Of a stretch of 64,000 nt of DNA, positions 1 through 11,750 are shown piece by piece (the first letter of the stretch is position 1; each line of letters begins with the position of its first letter). This DNA is from Octopus sinensis (lineage: Eukaryota): the NCBI RefSeq assembly GCF_006345805.1, contig NC_043009.1:39246001-39310000 (forward strand). Direction: 5' to 3'. The position numbers were made by a program, and so were the translations under genes. The notes beneath the pieces are model-generated. The model did no database searches. It had not been told where the DNA came from and saw only the letters and a program-made list of their open reading frames with translations.

Positions 1-614
1 CATGGTTTTGTAGCAAGTTGTCCGAAATTTTTGATTAAAATTATTTCTTAGTTGTTAGTACATAGCATTGGTTCTCAAAACAATTTAGTAGAAAATTTTA
101 TTTCTACGTAAAATGGTATCATGTTCTGTATCATGCTCTTCAGTATTATCTCAAGTTGCATGCATGCTTATTTTCAGAACGAAAAGGAGAAAGAAAACAT
201 GCAAAATGAATATCCAATGACAGAACAAAAGCTCTTTGGTTGGATCACATCATATTAAGTGAATCGGCAGTATCAAATAACGAGATTTAACATCCAGATA
301 ACATCTTATCAAAGAACCAGATTTAAGAAATCCAAATGCTTTAATACGCTCTTCACCCGCCCTCTCTTTGAAGCTCTTAATAGTTACGGAACTAAAAAGG
401 TTTACAATATTTGATTGGCATGTCGTCTTAACGTATGATGTACTCGCTTTATGATGTGGTTAATTTAAAATACTGAAATATATATGTGTTCGATTAAAAA
501 TAAATTGTGCTTACATCATCAACAGTCTAGGACCTGAACATGGCATTCATCTGCCAGTGAAGTAACATGATAGACACCATGTCCATTGTGATCAGAGTAT
601 ATTTCATTTGGCTT

Positions 615-752
615 CTTTTAGCTTCCGTCTACCAAATCCATTCACGGGGCTATAGTAGAAGACACTTGCTCAAAGTGCCACTCAGTGGGACTGAACTCGG
701 AATCATCTGGTTGGGAAACAAGATCCTTACCACACAACCACACCTGCACCTA
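615..752 (-). mobile_element. tRNA-derived SINE family A, 5' part (degenerate)
   Basis: Reverse complement matches the head and body of the family A copies at 15004 and 21883 (ccgtctaccaaatcc...ctatagtagaagacacttgc...gggactgaac). Confidence 0.8.
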
Positions 753-1015
753 TCTACATCTGTATGTATACACACACACACAAACACAAACACTGTGTTG
801 CTATTATGTTAAACTGTCGTACGTCCAAATTTGGCCAATAATGAGAAAATGGAGAAAACTTTTGATCAACAATCAAACAAATTGAACCACATCTGTTGAT
901 TATTTTCTAATACAAAATCATGACATAACATTTCTGCGGCCAGAAGGCTCAATATATTAATATCATACCATCTCGCCTCTTCTCGAGGCCCTGTTCTTTC
1001 TTATTCCCTCTTCCC

Positions 1016-1330
1016 TTCGTTCATTTTATCTTATACACGACTCCTAGTTCGACGAGTCGTGTTCTGTCCTTACCTTCGAAACACGCATGGAGTCGAACTA
1101 GGGACAGCTGATGGAGGGGTATTTTCCTTGTATTGTTTGTCTGGCACTCTGTTTTTTCGTTGTTAAAAAAAAGTCCGTTTCCATGTTTGTTTTTACGTTT
1201 TCGTTTCTCGTTGAGTTCCACGTCTATTTGTGGTGTCCTGTACTCACATATATATATTTATATGCATGTATGTATACATGTAGATGTAGGTACATACATA
1301 TATGTATGTATGTATGCATATATTTTATTT
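1016..1330 (+). mobile_element. Non-autonomous interspersed repeat, copy 1 (second copy at 29270-29500 on minus), carrying permuted hammerhead-like strands
   Basis: Colinear similarity to the reverse complement of 29270-29500 (ccttaccttcgaaac...gggaca...gggg...gtttccatg...gtcctgtac). Confidence 0.8.
1058..1119 (+). ncRNA. Putative hammerhead ribozyme with non-cyclic strand order (degenerate copy)
   Basis: CGTGT-T (1058-1063), CTGTCCTT (1064-1071), CCTTC-GAAA-CACG (1073-1085), AGGGACAG-CTGATGG-A-GGGG (1100-1119). Stems I, II and III all pair by eye; core A9 is G here. Confidence 0.5.
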
Positions 1331-1392
1331 ATTAATTTGTTGCATGACTGAACGCCTTCGCGTCGTTTCGTTTCTTTTCTGTTCTCCAAGTA

Positions 1393-1429
<37 letters not shown>

Positions 1430-1614
1430 TGAACCGCAAAAGAAACGAGACTTTGTCAAATGTCATTTTTATATGGTAAATTCTGAAAATTTATTTCAAG
1501 GATGCAAGTGTAAATTTTCCAGCGTGAGTGTTGTCGTTGTTTCCCCTTGCTTAAGGTGGGGAAGCGTGTGATTGAAAAATGAACTGTGACGAAAAAAATT
1601 GAGAAGACATTTGT

Positions 1615-1880
1615 CACCGTGCAGGTGCGTTTTCCTCAGAGGAGAAGGCCAGGCAACAATCCGTGGCCTGAGTATCAGTAGATAAAATGATCTTCCTACC
1701 TTTTACCTTGGAAGACGTGCCTACAGAATGAGGGTGGAGGAGATACCACCAGAGGTGGATGTTTAGAAAGTGACAGTCCTCCTGGCCGTGAGAGTACTGG
1801 CGAGAAACTAGATAGGGCAAGGCTTGGAAATAGTGATCCAGGTTGCCCCAGATACCTTGGGTAGACTACAAAAGAAGTAT
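1615..1880 (+). pseudogene. Degenerate LINE ORF1 fragment (Tx1/L1-like)
   Basis: Broken translation FSSEEKARQQSV...LPTFYLGRRAYRMRVEEIPPEVDV...GQGLEIVIQV resembles cephalopod Tx1-like ORF1 as I recall it; several stops and a frameshift. Confidence 0.4.
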
Positions 1881-2422
1881 CAGGCCGATTTTGAAAGAAA
1901 ATCTATGGCAATTGTTAAACAAGTGGATACAACTCGGATGAATTTGAGTGAAATTGTAAATGTAAGACTTGTACAAAAGAGGAATATAAAAACTGTTGTT
2001 AATTGTGTAAAAAAAATCGACTCAAGGGGGTCGTTCGTGATGTAGGGTTTCGAGCGGCTGCCGTTCCATCCTTTCATGTAAGTTCTTTTCATTTCTCATT
2101 CATTTTGTTTTTTCCCCATATATGTGATTTGCCTGTCTTTTAACAGATTTATCAAAATTTATCTCCGACATAATGAATTTAGAACAATTCAGTCACACAC
2201 GTCTCACGTTTCTTTTGCGGTTCAATGTATATATATATATATACACGTGCGCGCACACATATACATACACGCATACATACACGCACAAACACACGCATAC
2301 ACACACACACAGAGTGTTGGGTATGCGAATGCCATAGTCAAATAATTACTGACTACTTATTTCTGTTAAGACTTTTCCGTCACTTTTGTACTATTCACAC
2401 GGCTTTTCTTTAAACTGACTAG

Positions 2423-2437
2423 TATATATATATATAT

Positions 2438-2476
<39 letters not shown>

Positions 2477-2545
2477 ATGTATATATATGTATATATATAT
2501 ATGTATATGTATGTGTGTGTATATATATATATATGTATATATGAA
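2423..2545. repeat. (TA)n/(TG)n compound microsatellite
   Basis: Directly visible. Confidence 0.95.
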
Positions 2546-3339
2546 GCAACGTCCTTGTAATGAAATGCGGTATTTAAATGTACGAATGGAATATAATATA
2601 TCAAGATCCTTCCGTTTACACATATCCTAATACTTCTAAATGGTTTCTCTTTTATCCAGCTATACAGATATATTGCGTCATTTCGTACTTTCCACTATTC
2701 AAGAATAGATGATAGAACAAAAGCTTCATTAAATAATAATGAATGAATATATTCAAGAAAGAACCGTTATACATCAGTATAAAATAAATGAATCTGTATA
2801 AAAGGGATGATATATTTCAATGAGAAAGTCTATTGCTGATAATAAGAGTGCAATTTGAGAAACAATTATAATACATAATGCGATTGCTTCTTACCGCTAC
2901 AAATGTTATAAGAGGTAATAGACATCTATAGAAATATCCAAACTTCCATTCATAAATTTGTAACGACAGCAACCTTTAACTCTATTAACTTAATTAGATG
3001 GATTACCTATGATTATATATTATATATAGTTTGAGCCAACGTACATTTATATCTCATCTCGTTCCCTTCAATTTAGATTGTCAAAAGGTTATCTAATCTC
3101 CTTCTCTCGTTTCGACAATACCTTTTTGTTCACTTCATATTTTCCCTTTAAAATTCACTGCCCGTTTTTCTTTCTTTAATAAGTATTTTTCCTTGTGTAT
3201 ACTTCACATTTCAGTCGGCCATACTGGCGCAGCGCCTTGAAAAGTTTGGTCGAATTTTATATCGTATCTTTTTGTGACCCTCTGAGTTGCAGGGACGTAA
3301 AAGAACTAAAACCGTTACCAATCGGGATGTGAGCAAATA

Positions 3340-3625
<286 letters not shown>

Positions 3626-3944
3626 CATACATATATATGTATATAAGTATGTACATATATATATACATACATATACAAATATATATATATATATATATAT
3701 ATTGTTGAGATAATTCTTTTCTTAAATAGAAATATTACATTTCTAAATCTCTCAGACAGATTTATGCAGTAGTGATACGATAAATTAATATGCTGTCAAC
3801 TTAATGTGACAGTCCTATGAAGGGAATAATACTATTGCTATTTAGCCCTAGGAAGCAGCACTTCTTCCTATCAACCTTGACATATTTTCTGTGTCCTTAT
3901 GTTTACAAAGGGAGATAAGCACCTCCACCCAGCAAAGCCAGCAG

Positions 3945-3985
3945 CCAGAGACTAGTTTCTGAGTCATTGCTCGTCTTCAGTCTGG
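3945..3985 (-). ncRNA. Minimal type I hammerhead ribozyme (Penelope-associated type)
   Basis: Minus strand: CCAGA CTGAAGA CGAG caatga CTCA GAAAC TA GTC TCTGG. 5-bp stem I, intact core, palindromic stem III ACTAGT, GUC site; C-A mismatch at the base of stem II. Confidence 0.75.
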
Positions 3986-6223
3986 AGTAGCATGGCTTGC
4001 TAGTTGGAGATGCCTATCTACCCCTTGTAGCCCGTTTGCATTTTCGTGCTCATAACTTCTATACCCGCTCCCGCTGCTTCCCTGATTTTGCCCACTATTT
4101 TCATTCTCGCGCCTGCGTCTCCCATACCAGCGCCTGCAGTTTGATGCTTGCGCTCACGGCTTTTCTTTCGCTCTCGTTGATTCCATGCTAATGCCGCGGC
4201 TTTCATTAAACGCCCATGACTTCCTAACTCACACACCCGTTTCCGTGCTCACGACTTCTACACTCGCGCCCGCGGCATCCATGCTCAATATCTCAGAATC
4301 ATGTCTTCTCCACACTTACAATAAATAAAATTTTTCCTATCCTACTAAACACAGGATTTTACTTTATCTCTTGAGGTTATTTTCATAAACTATTTCTAAA
4401 ATGGTAAACAAATTTAGTTAATAGTTTTAACGATGCAAATAAATTATTTTCCGATTTTTAAATAATTAACTACTCGAGATTATTTTTAACATGAACAGTA
4501 TATTTTCAATAGTTTCGAATGTTCGTTAGTTCACATTTAATTCATGTCATTAATATTAATATAATATCAACTATTATTTTGATCACTTTCAGCAGTTTCA
4601 TGCGAGTTTCTGTTGCATCTTCTGTTGCACCTGCGCATTATTTATTACATTTACTTTGCTTTCTTCTAGAGTTTTTTTTTTTTTTGCTGTTTTGATTTAC
4701 TGTTTTGTGTAGAACATGTGCTGTGCGAGTATCATTAATGTACTTGATGGCGATCGGGTTATGTATATATATGTGTTACGCGAGCTGAGTTATATGATTG
4801 TGCTATGTTTTTGTGGCGTGTGTGTTTGTGTGTGTGAGTGTGTGTTTGTGTTTGTTTGTTATATATTATCGTGCCAAAGTGATGAGGATGGCATGTATAC
4901 ATGATTTGTGTGAGTCGTGTTCTATGTTAAGGTGTCGACTGGTGATGTGTTTTGTGTGCGTGATTTATTATTATTTCTCATGGAAAAAATACTTTCCGCC
5001 ATTTGTTTTTGCTTTTCCCACTTCATGTTCAAGTCCCTCCATCGTCAACTTCACGTTTCATCATCCAAGGTTAATAAAATAGAGTACTAATCAAGTACTG
5101 GGACGATTTAATTGACTAAACTCTGTCCTGAAATTTCTAGCCCTACCCTTTGTTAGAAATAGTTAGTACTATTAGATCTTCAGAATCGGTAGAGTGCCGA
5201 GCAAACTATTTTGCGTTATCTCTTTCTGTTCCTTACATTCAAGGTTCGAATCCGGTTGTGGTCATGTTTAAATTTCATTCTTCTGAATTCAATCGAATCT
5301 GTTAATAGTCACGCTGTGAGTTTATTCAGTGAACTAATCCCTGCCCCGCACATGTCAGTCCTTGTATATATTATTGGGAACAATTATTATATAGGTCAGA
5401 GCGTCAGAAAAAATACCATGCGATATTTATTCCGGCTCTTTACATAGTGATTTCAAATCACAGAATGTAAAGAGATCAACTTAGTCTTTCAACTTTTCAT
5501 TTGCAATCTAATAAAGTACCAGTTATATAAGGGAGATGATTTGAACGATGAAAACCTTTTCTTTCCCCTCTCAATGTCAAAAATTCCTTTGGTTTTGAAA
5601 CAATGTTAGAAACGCTTATTATTACTATTTGAGTTCGCAGGCCCGTTAGCGTGTCGGACAAAGCGCCTACCGCTATTTCTTTTGGCACTTATCTGATTTC
5701 AAATCTCTCTAAGGTCAACTTTTCATTTCTTTCCTACAGGTTCAATAAAATGAGATGCTAATCAATGGTAATGGTTCGATGAAATTGGTTACTTCTTTCT
5801 GCCAAATCTCTGGTCTTGTCCTTGTGTTGATTTCAAATTTTGACACAAGGTCAGCAATTTCCAGTGAGACAGCTAATCTATTACTTGGACACCAGTGATC
5901 AACTTGTAGTTATTTTATCACCCTGAAAATATGAAAGGCAAAGTCGCCATCGACGGAATTTGATTTTAGAACATCTCTACGGACCAAATACCTCTACACA
6001 GTTTGTGCTAAAGATTCTGCCCTGTCATGCCCTTATATTAAAAAACTTTTAGGGTTTCTTCTGCAAACGTCTGTATTGGAAACGTCGTGAGACGTTTGCA
6101 GCTTTCTATTTTCGAAATGTAGACCTGTGTTACTTTACTATACCAGTTTTGCTTTGTTACGGATATTACCTAGTATTTTATTTCCGGTGGTGCCATATAT
6201 TATTTTTTTATTTATACATCCTT

Positions 6224-6515
6224 TTCAAGCCTAACCAGGCTCATGGGCCCGGTTTCCCGGTTTCTACGGCGTATGTGTTCCCCCCAGCTGAACGTGACGC
6301 CAGTCCATCGCAGCGTTACTCAAGAAAGAGGAAGAAAGAGTGAGAGAAAGTTGGGGCGAAAGAGTACAACAGGGGTCGCCATCAGCTCTGGCGGAGCCTC
6401 GTGGAGCTTTAGGTGTTTTCGCTCAATAATCACACACAATACACATTTGGGAATCGAAACCGCGATCCTCCGACCGCGTGTCCGCTGCCCTTGCCACTGG
6501 CCATTGCGCCTCCAC
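6224..6515 (-). mobile_element. tRNA-derived SINE family C (V-domain-like body)
   Basis: tRNA-like head (ggaggcgcaatggccagtgg...ggtttcgattccc) and tail gaaaccgggaaaccgggcc shared with 23065-23367 and 57880-58152. Confidence 0.8.
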
Positions 6516-6520
6516 TGCAC

Positions 6521-6763
6521 TCTTTTAAAGCCTAGCCAGGCTTATGGGCCCGGTTTCCCGGTTTCAATGCCGTATGTTTTTCCCAGCTGGACGGGTCGCC
6601 AGTTCATCGAAGCGTTACTCATTTTTGACAGCTGAGTGGACTGGAGCAACGTGAAATGAAGTGTTTTGCTTAAGAAAACAACGCGTCACACGGTCTAGGA
6701 ATCGAAACCACAATCTTACAATCATGATGCTGACACACTAACCACTAAGCCACGTGCCTCCAC
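6521..6763 (-). mobile_element. tRNA-derived SINE with CORE-like middle and family C-type 3' tail
   Basis: Head ggaggcacgtggcttagtggttag...ggtttcgattcc; middle ttcacgttgctccagtccactcagctg; tail shared with 6224. Confidence 0.75.
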
Positions 6764-7021
6764 GGTGTCATATATTGGCTATGTAAATATGTGTTTATGC
6801 GTGCGTGCATGTGTGTGTGTGTGTAATATTTTATTTTACTGTCTGTTCATCATGTTGACTATATGTTGAGCGAGAAGTGATATTTACTTGGGTGGTGATT
6901 GTATATGCATGTGTTGTTTGCATATAGTGTACTGTTTGCTTCTAGTATTCAGTTGACCGAGCCTTGTCTGAGTTATGCCTGAACTAGTAGAACTATGCCT
7001 GTAACGTTGTGATAATAGTGT

Positions 7022-7270
7022 GCAGCCAAGTGGTTACGCTCTTCGATTTGCGATCGTAAGGTTGGCTGAGCAGTCGACTACAAAATAGTGCAGCACCTTG
7101 CACTCTTGGTCGAAGCTCTTAATTGCATACTGTTTCAGTTCACTCGTCTGAAAATGAATTGCAACTGTTCTAGAGTATTTTCTCAAAAGGCTATTATCCC
7201 AAAATCTTGATAGCACAATGGAATAACTCCCCTTGCTGGCTACAACACACTAGCAGATTATGTAAATTTG
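7022..7270 (+). mobile_element. Old tRNA-derived SINE remnant
   Basis: aagtggttacgctcttcgatttgcgatcgtaagg head and cagttcactcgtctgaaaatgaattg CORE-like segment. Confidence 0.5.
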
Positions 7271-7617
7271 TGAGTTCGGCTATGTTTGTATTAATTTCTT
7301 TTTATCATACCTAGACATCCAATAATTACTGGTGCTCTTTATTTTTTATGTTAATGCCCTACATGTTGTTTCTCGTAAAATCTGAGATGCTAGATTTTAA
7401 TATTTACTTACTCTGTCACCACTCCTTTCAGACAACGTTTCTGCCAGAAGAGATTTTGATGTCTGTCACCGTGCAGATATTGCAACTTTGATCTCCTCAT
7501 CAGTTTCGATAGGCTTAACCCAGATGATTAATGACACATTTAGAATGCTAATATAGTATATGTCAACATATTTCTAAGGAAAGTACAAAATGATACATCT
7601 TGTAACCATTATTATGG

Positions 7618-8560
7618 CGGTTCTGAGTTCAAATTCCGCCGAGGTCGACATTGCCTTTGATCCTTTGGGGGTCGATAAATTAAGTACCAGTTACGCACTG
7701 GGGTCGATATAATCGATTTAATCCATTTGTATGTCCTTGTTTGTCCTCTCTGTGTTCAGCACCTTGTGGGTAGTAAAGAAATAGGGATTTCGTCTGCCGC
7801 TACGTTCTGAGTTCAAATTCCGCCGAGGTCGACTTTGCCTTTCATCCTTTCGGGGTCGATTAAATAAGTACCAGTTACACACTGGGGTCGGTATTATCGA
7901 CTTAATCCGTTTGTCTGTCCTTGTTTGTCCCATCTGTATGTAGCCCCTTGGGGGCAGTAAAGAAATTAGAATCGTAAGCGTGCTGGGCGAAATGATTCGT
8001 GATATTTCGCCTGTTGTTTCGTTCTGCGTTTATATTCCGTCGAAGTCTACTTTATCTTTCATCCTTTCGGGCTCGATAAAATAAGTACCAGTTAAACAAC
8101 GGGGTTGATGTAATCGACGCATTCCCTCCCTCAAAATTGCTGCCCTTGTGACAAAAATTGAAACCGTTTCGTCCGTCGCTACGTTCTGAGTTCAAATTCC
8201 TCCGAGGTCAACTTTGACTTTCATCTTTCCGGGGTCGAAAAGTTAAGTACCAGTTGAGTACTGGGGTTGATGAGATCGACTGTCCCCCTCCTCACAAAAT
8301 CCAGGCCGTGTGCCTATAATAGAAAGGATTATTATGTCAGCCTTGTTTAAAGACGGCGAGCTGGCAGAATCGTTAGCTCTTTGGACGAAATGCTTAGCGG
8401 TATTTCGTCTGCCGCTACGTTCTGTGTTCAAATTCCGCCGAGGTCGACTTTGCCTTTCATCCTTTCGGGTCAATAAATTAAGCACCAGTTGTGTACTGAG
8501 GTTAATGTAATCGACTACTCCCTTCCCCTATAGTAGAAAGGTCTATTTTGTCAACCTTTT
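7618..8560 (+). mobile_element. Cluster of about five SINE family B (CORE-like) copies, partly tandem
   Basis: Repeated gttctgagttcaaattccgccgaggtcgactttgcctttcatcctttcggggtcgat...aagtaccag; possibly the OR-type octopus SINEs (assignment not verified). Confidence 0.9.
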
Positions 8561-9202
8561 ATATCGAAGCGTCGGCATATTGCCCAGTGCATATAACTGC
8601 CAACTCGTTTGAGTGTGTGTGTGTGTGAATAAACTCGGATTGATAAGAACTAGGTACCCTGAGATGTATTCAACTATTTTCATTGTGTACACTTGACATC
8701 TTTTTTCCCTATCACGATAAATTAAGTGTCTAACACTGACATGTTTACTCTCTATCAGATCTCCCGGGATATTGGCTATGGCATGGATTCTTCAATATTT
8801 TTTTCAATCTGCTTTGATTTCTTCCTTTGTTTTTAAACAATTTCTTTTGTTTTGTTCTTCCATTTTTTATGCTAGTGTATTAGTTTTCCAGTTTATACTT
8901 CATTTTATTTATCTATAGCAAAAGATATTTTCATGTCTCCAAATATATCTTGTAGTCCTACTGTGGTTATTTTGTATTATTTTTCTATACTTATTAGAAC
9001 TCTCGCCACCGCTTATGTGCGGAAAATATATATTCTCTGTATATCATCTATGGTATGGTGTCTGCAAAGCACTGTCAGTGGCGTCTTGGTTCCTATTTAA
9101 GTTTTAAGCACTTTAATACACTTAAATTCCAATTATGTGAAAGCCGTATTCTATAACGGGTGGTTAGCGTTGAATATGGTATTCAATACCAGAATGACCC
9201 TG

Positions 9203-9410
9203 AAGGCAGCGAGCTGGCAGAATAATTAACACTCCGAGCAAACTGCTCAGCAGCATTTCGTCCGTCTTAATGTTCTGGGTTCAAATTCCTCCGAGGTCGA
9301 CTTTGCCTTTTATTATTTCGGGGTTGATAAAATAAGTACCAGTTGTGTACTTGTGTCAAGTTAACCGACTTATCCCCTCTTCAGCATGTGAAACCAATAT
9401 TAGAATGACT
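9203..9410 (+). mobile_element. SINE family B copy
   Basis: ggcagcgagctggcagaa head plus CORE-like body. Confidence 0.85.
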
Positions 9411-9714
9411 CTTCTGTAGTACGCTTTTAAATCTGCTACCAATTACGTACCTTTTTGTATCTTTTCAGTTTAATCCATCCTTAAGTGGCTTATATATTTG
9501 GTCCTGGACGACGGCTTTGTTGCGGATATCTAGATTATGTAATGTAATCATTTGAAGAATTTGAATTCTTTAAATGCTTATAATCTTCTGCTAAACCCCT
9601 AGCAGAATCTCTTTGGAATTTTCTTTCAAAGTTCGATCAGTCTAGAATAAAGGAACTACCAGTAATATATTCGTATGAAATCGTTTTACCAAATCTTTTT
9701 ATGCTTTATCTTAC

Positions 9715-10163
9715 ACATGTTTCATTCCTTGGATTGCGGCAATGCTAAGGCACTACCTTAGAGGTTTTGGTCGAACAAATCAACCCCAATAAATTTTATG
9801 ACGAACATAAACAATTTAACACTGGTTCTCTAGCAGTGTCTGGGGACAAACACAGATTCAAAGACACATACATATACACATACATACATACATACATACA
9901 TACATACATACATACATACATACATACATACATACATACATACATACATACATACATACATACATACATACATACATACATACATGCATGCATGTGTGTG
10001 TGTACGACAGATTTCTTACGGTTTCCGTCTACGAAATGCACCCTTTGGCTTTGGTCAGTCCAGGGCTATAATAAAAGACACTTGCCAATGGTGTCACCAC
10101 TGTGGCACTGAACCCAGTATCATGTGGTTAGGAAGCAAGCGTTTTACTACACAATCACGTCTG
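9715..10163 (-). mobile_element. SINE family A with expanded internal (TACA)n
   Basis: Tail, internal microsatellite (9865-9985) and head in the correct order on the minus strand. Confidence 0.8.
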
Positions 10164-11139
10164 CAATTGAGTATTTCATGAAAAATCTGGATTCTCTCGA
10201 GAAGAACTAAAAGAAAACTAATATAAATACGTTATGATAAGTATCCTACATGAATAAATGTATTTCTAGATATGTTTAAGTTGATACGTTGAAATAAACA
10301 CCTATGGTTTGTTCGCACCTAACATACAAAATAATCTCTCATAATTTGATACCAATATTTCAATAGCTATATTTTCAATTACCTCATCGAATTTTTATCA
10401 ACCTTCAGAAAGGTATATACTATTGATTACGTTTTGATATCTGTTTTAAGAAACCCCATGTATTTACAGGTTTAATTTTAGTGTATCATTAGTAAGATCA
10501 ACCATGGTGTTCGTGACTGTATGTTTCCGTTTCACTTTAAAGATTCAATGTTTGTGGAGTGTTCATGGTTTATATGAAGACAGGCGGTAGTAATATCGAT
10601 TTAGCTAAAGGCTTTAAGAGCCCTGGATTGGTTTAACACTGAACGATCGAGAAGTTTCCCTCGATGAGCTTCAGTACACTATTCGTTCACCAAATTCTAT
10701 TCACAAAACTTTGAACGACGTAACGCTGTGGAAAAAACTTGTCTAAAATTGCTCGCAGTAGAATCAAACCGAAACCATTACAGTTGAATAATATCTATAC
10801 TAAATCATTATACCTACTACGTACCGAATGAGTTAACACTTTATCAAAAAAAGAAAAAACAATTGTCTATAATTCATACTATCTAATATTCTTGGTTCAA
10901 AGAGAGAAACTTCCATTCCAATATTAGCGATTAATTAGACAATCTTTTTCTTAAAAAGAAAAAAGTATTGGGGAAATATATTTCGTATTCATTGTTTGTT
11001 TCCTCCTAAAATCTTGCACTACGTACGCCTAAAGCACTCACGGTTACCAGAAATTCTTGCTCTCAAGTCACCGCGTATCTCCCCGAATGCACATCCATCG
11101 AAGAGGAAACTGAATGACGAGCCTCAGTCTAATATTAAA

Positions 11140-11750
11140 GTGGCAAACGCACAAACTCGAACTAGTAACGAACTGGTGGACATGCAGTCGCAACCTAGTA
11201 ACGAACTCATGAATATTCAACGTCAAACCTGTAATGTACTAGTGAACATGCAACTTTAATCTACTCTTGAACTAGGGAATATACAAGTTTAACCTAGTAA
11301 TCAAATAATGAACATTCAACACAAGAGAACGCAAACAACCTAGAAATGAACTTGTGAATATAGAACTTGAAACTAGTTATAAACTAGTAAACATACAACT
11401 TTAACTTGCATTGAACTGGTGAACATTCAACACCAGTCTAGTAATGAAACTTGTGTACATGCATATCAACCAAACAATGAACTGTTGAACATGCAACTTC
11501 AACCTAGTAATGAATTGGAGAACCACTTCAATCTAATAAGGATTTCAAATTTTGGCACGAGGCCAGGGGAAGGAGTATGTTGCTTAAATCGACCCCAGTA
11601 CTCAACTGGTACTCACTTTATCTACCCTGATGGGATGAAACGCAAGATCGACCGCGGTGTACTTCATCAGCCTAATAATGAACTAGCGAACATGAAACCT
11701 CAGTATATAAAATGAACTAGCAATCACAAATATTCAACCTAGTACAGCTA
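11140..11750 (+). repeat. Degenerate ~33-bp minisatellite (consensus approx. caacctagtaatgaactagtgaacatgcaactt) interrupted by a SINE
   Basis: Recurrent aacctagtaatgaact...gaacatgcaac; translates as QPSNELVNMQL repeats with stops. Confidence 0.8.
11525..11660 (-). mobile_element. SINE family B 3' fragment inserted in the minisatellite
   Basis: aaattttggcacgaggcc...aatcgaccccagtactcaactggtactcactttatc is the reverse complement of the family B 3' half. Confidence 0.8.

Noticed and set aside
171-260. Acceptor-like site plus short ORF (NEKEKENMQNEYP...)
   Set aside because: Too short and unrecognisable to support an exon.
7480-7515. CTGATGA next to CGAAA on minus
   Set aside because: GAAA directly precedes the core with no stems I or III, and no GAAA follows the possible stem II.
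9767-10111. 114-aa ORF with (YIHT)n
   Set aside because: Translation of the (TACA)n inside a SINE.
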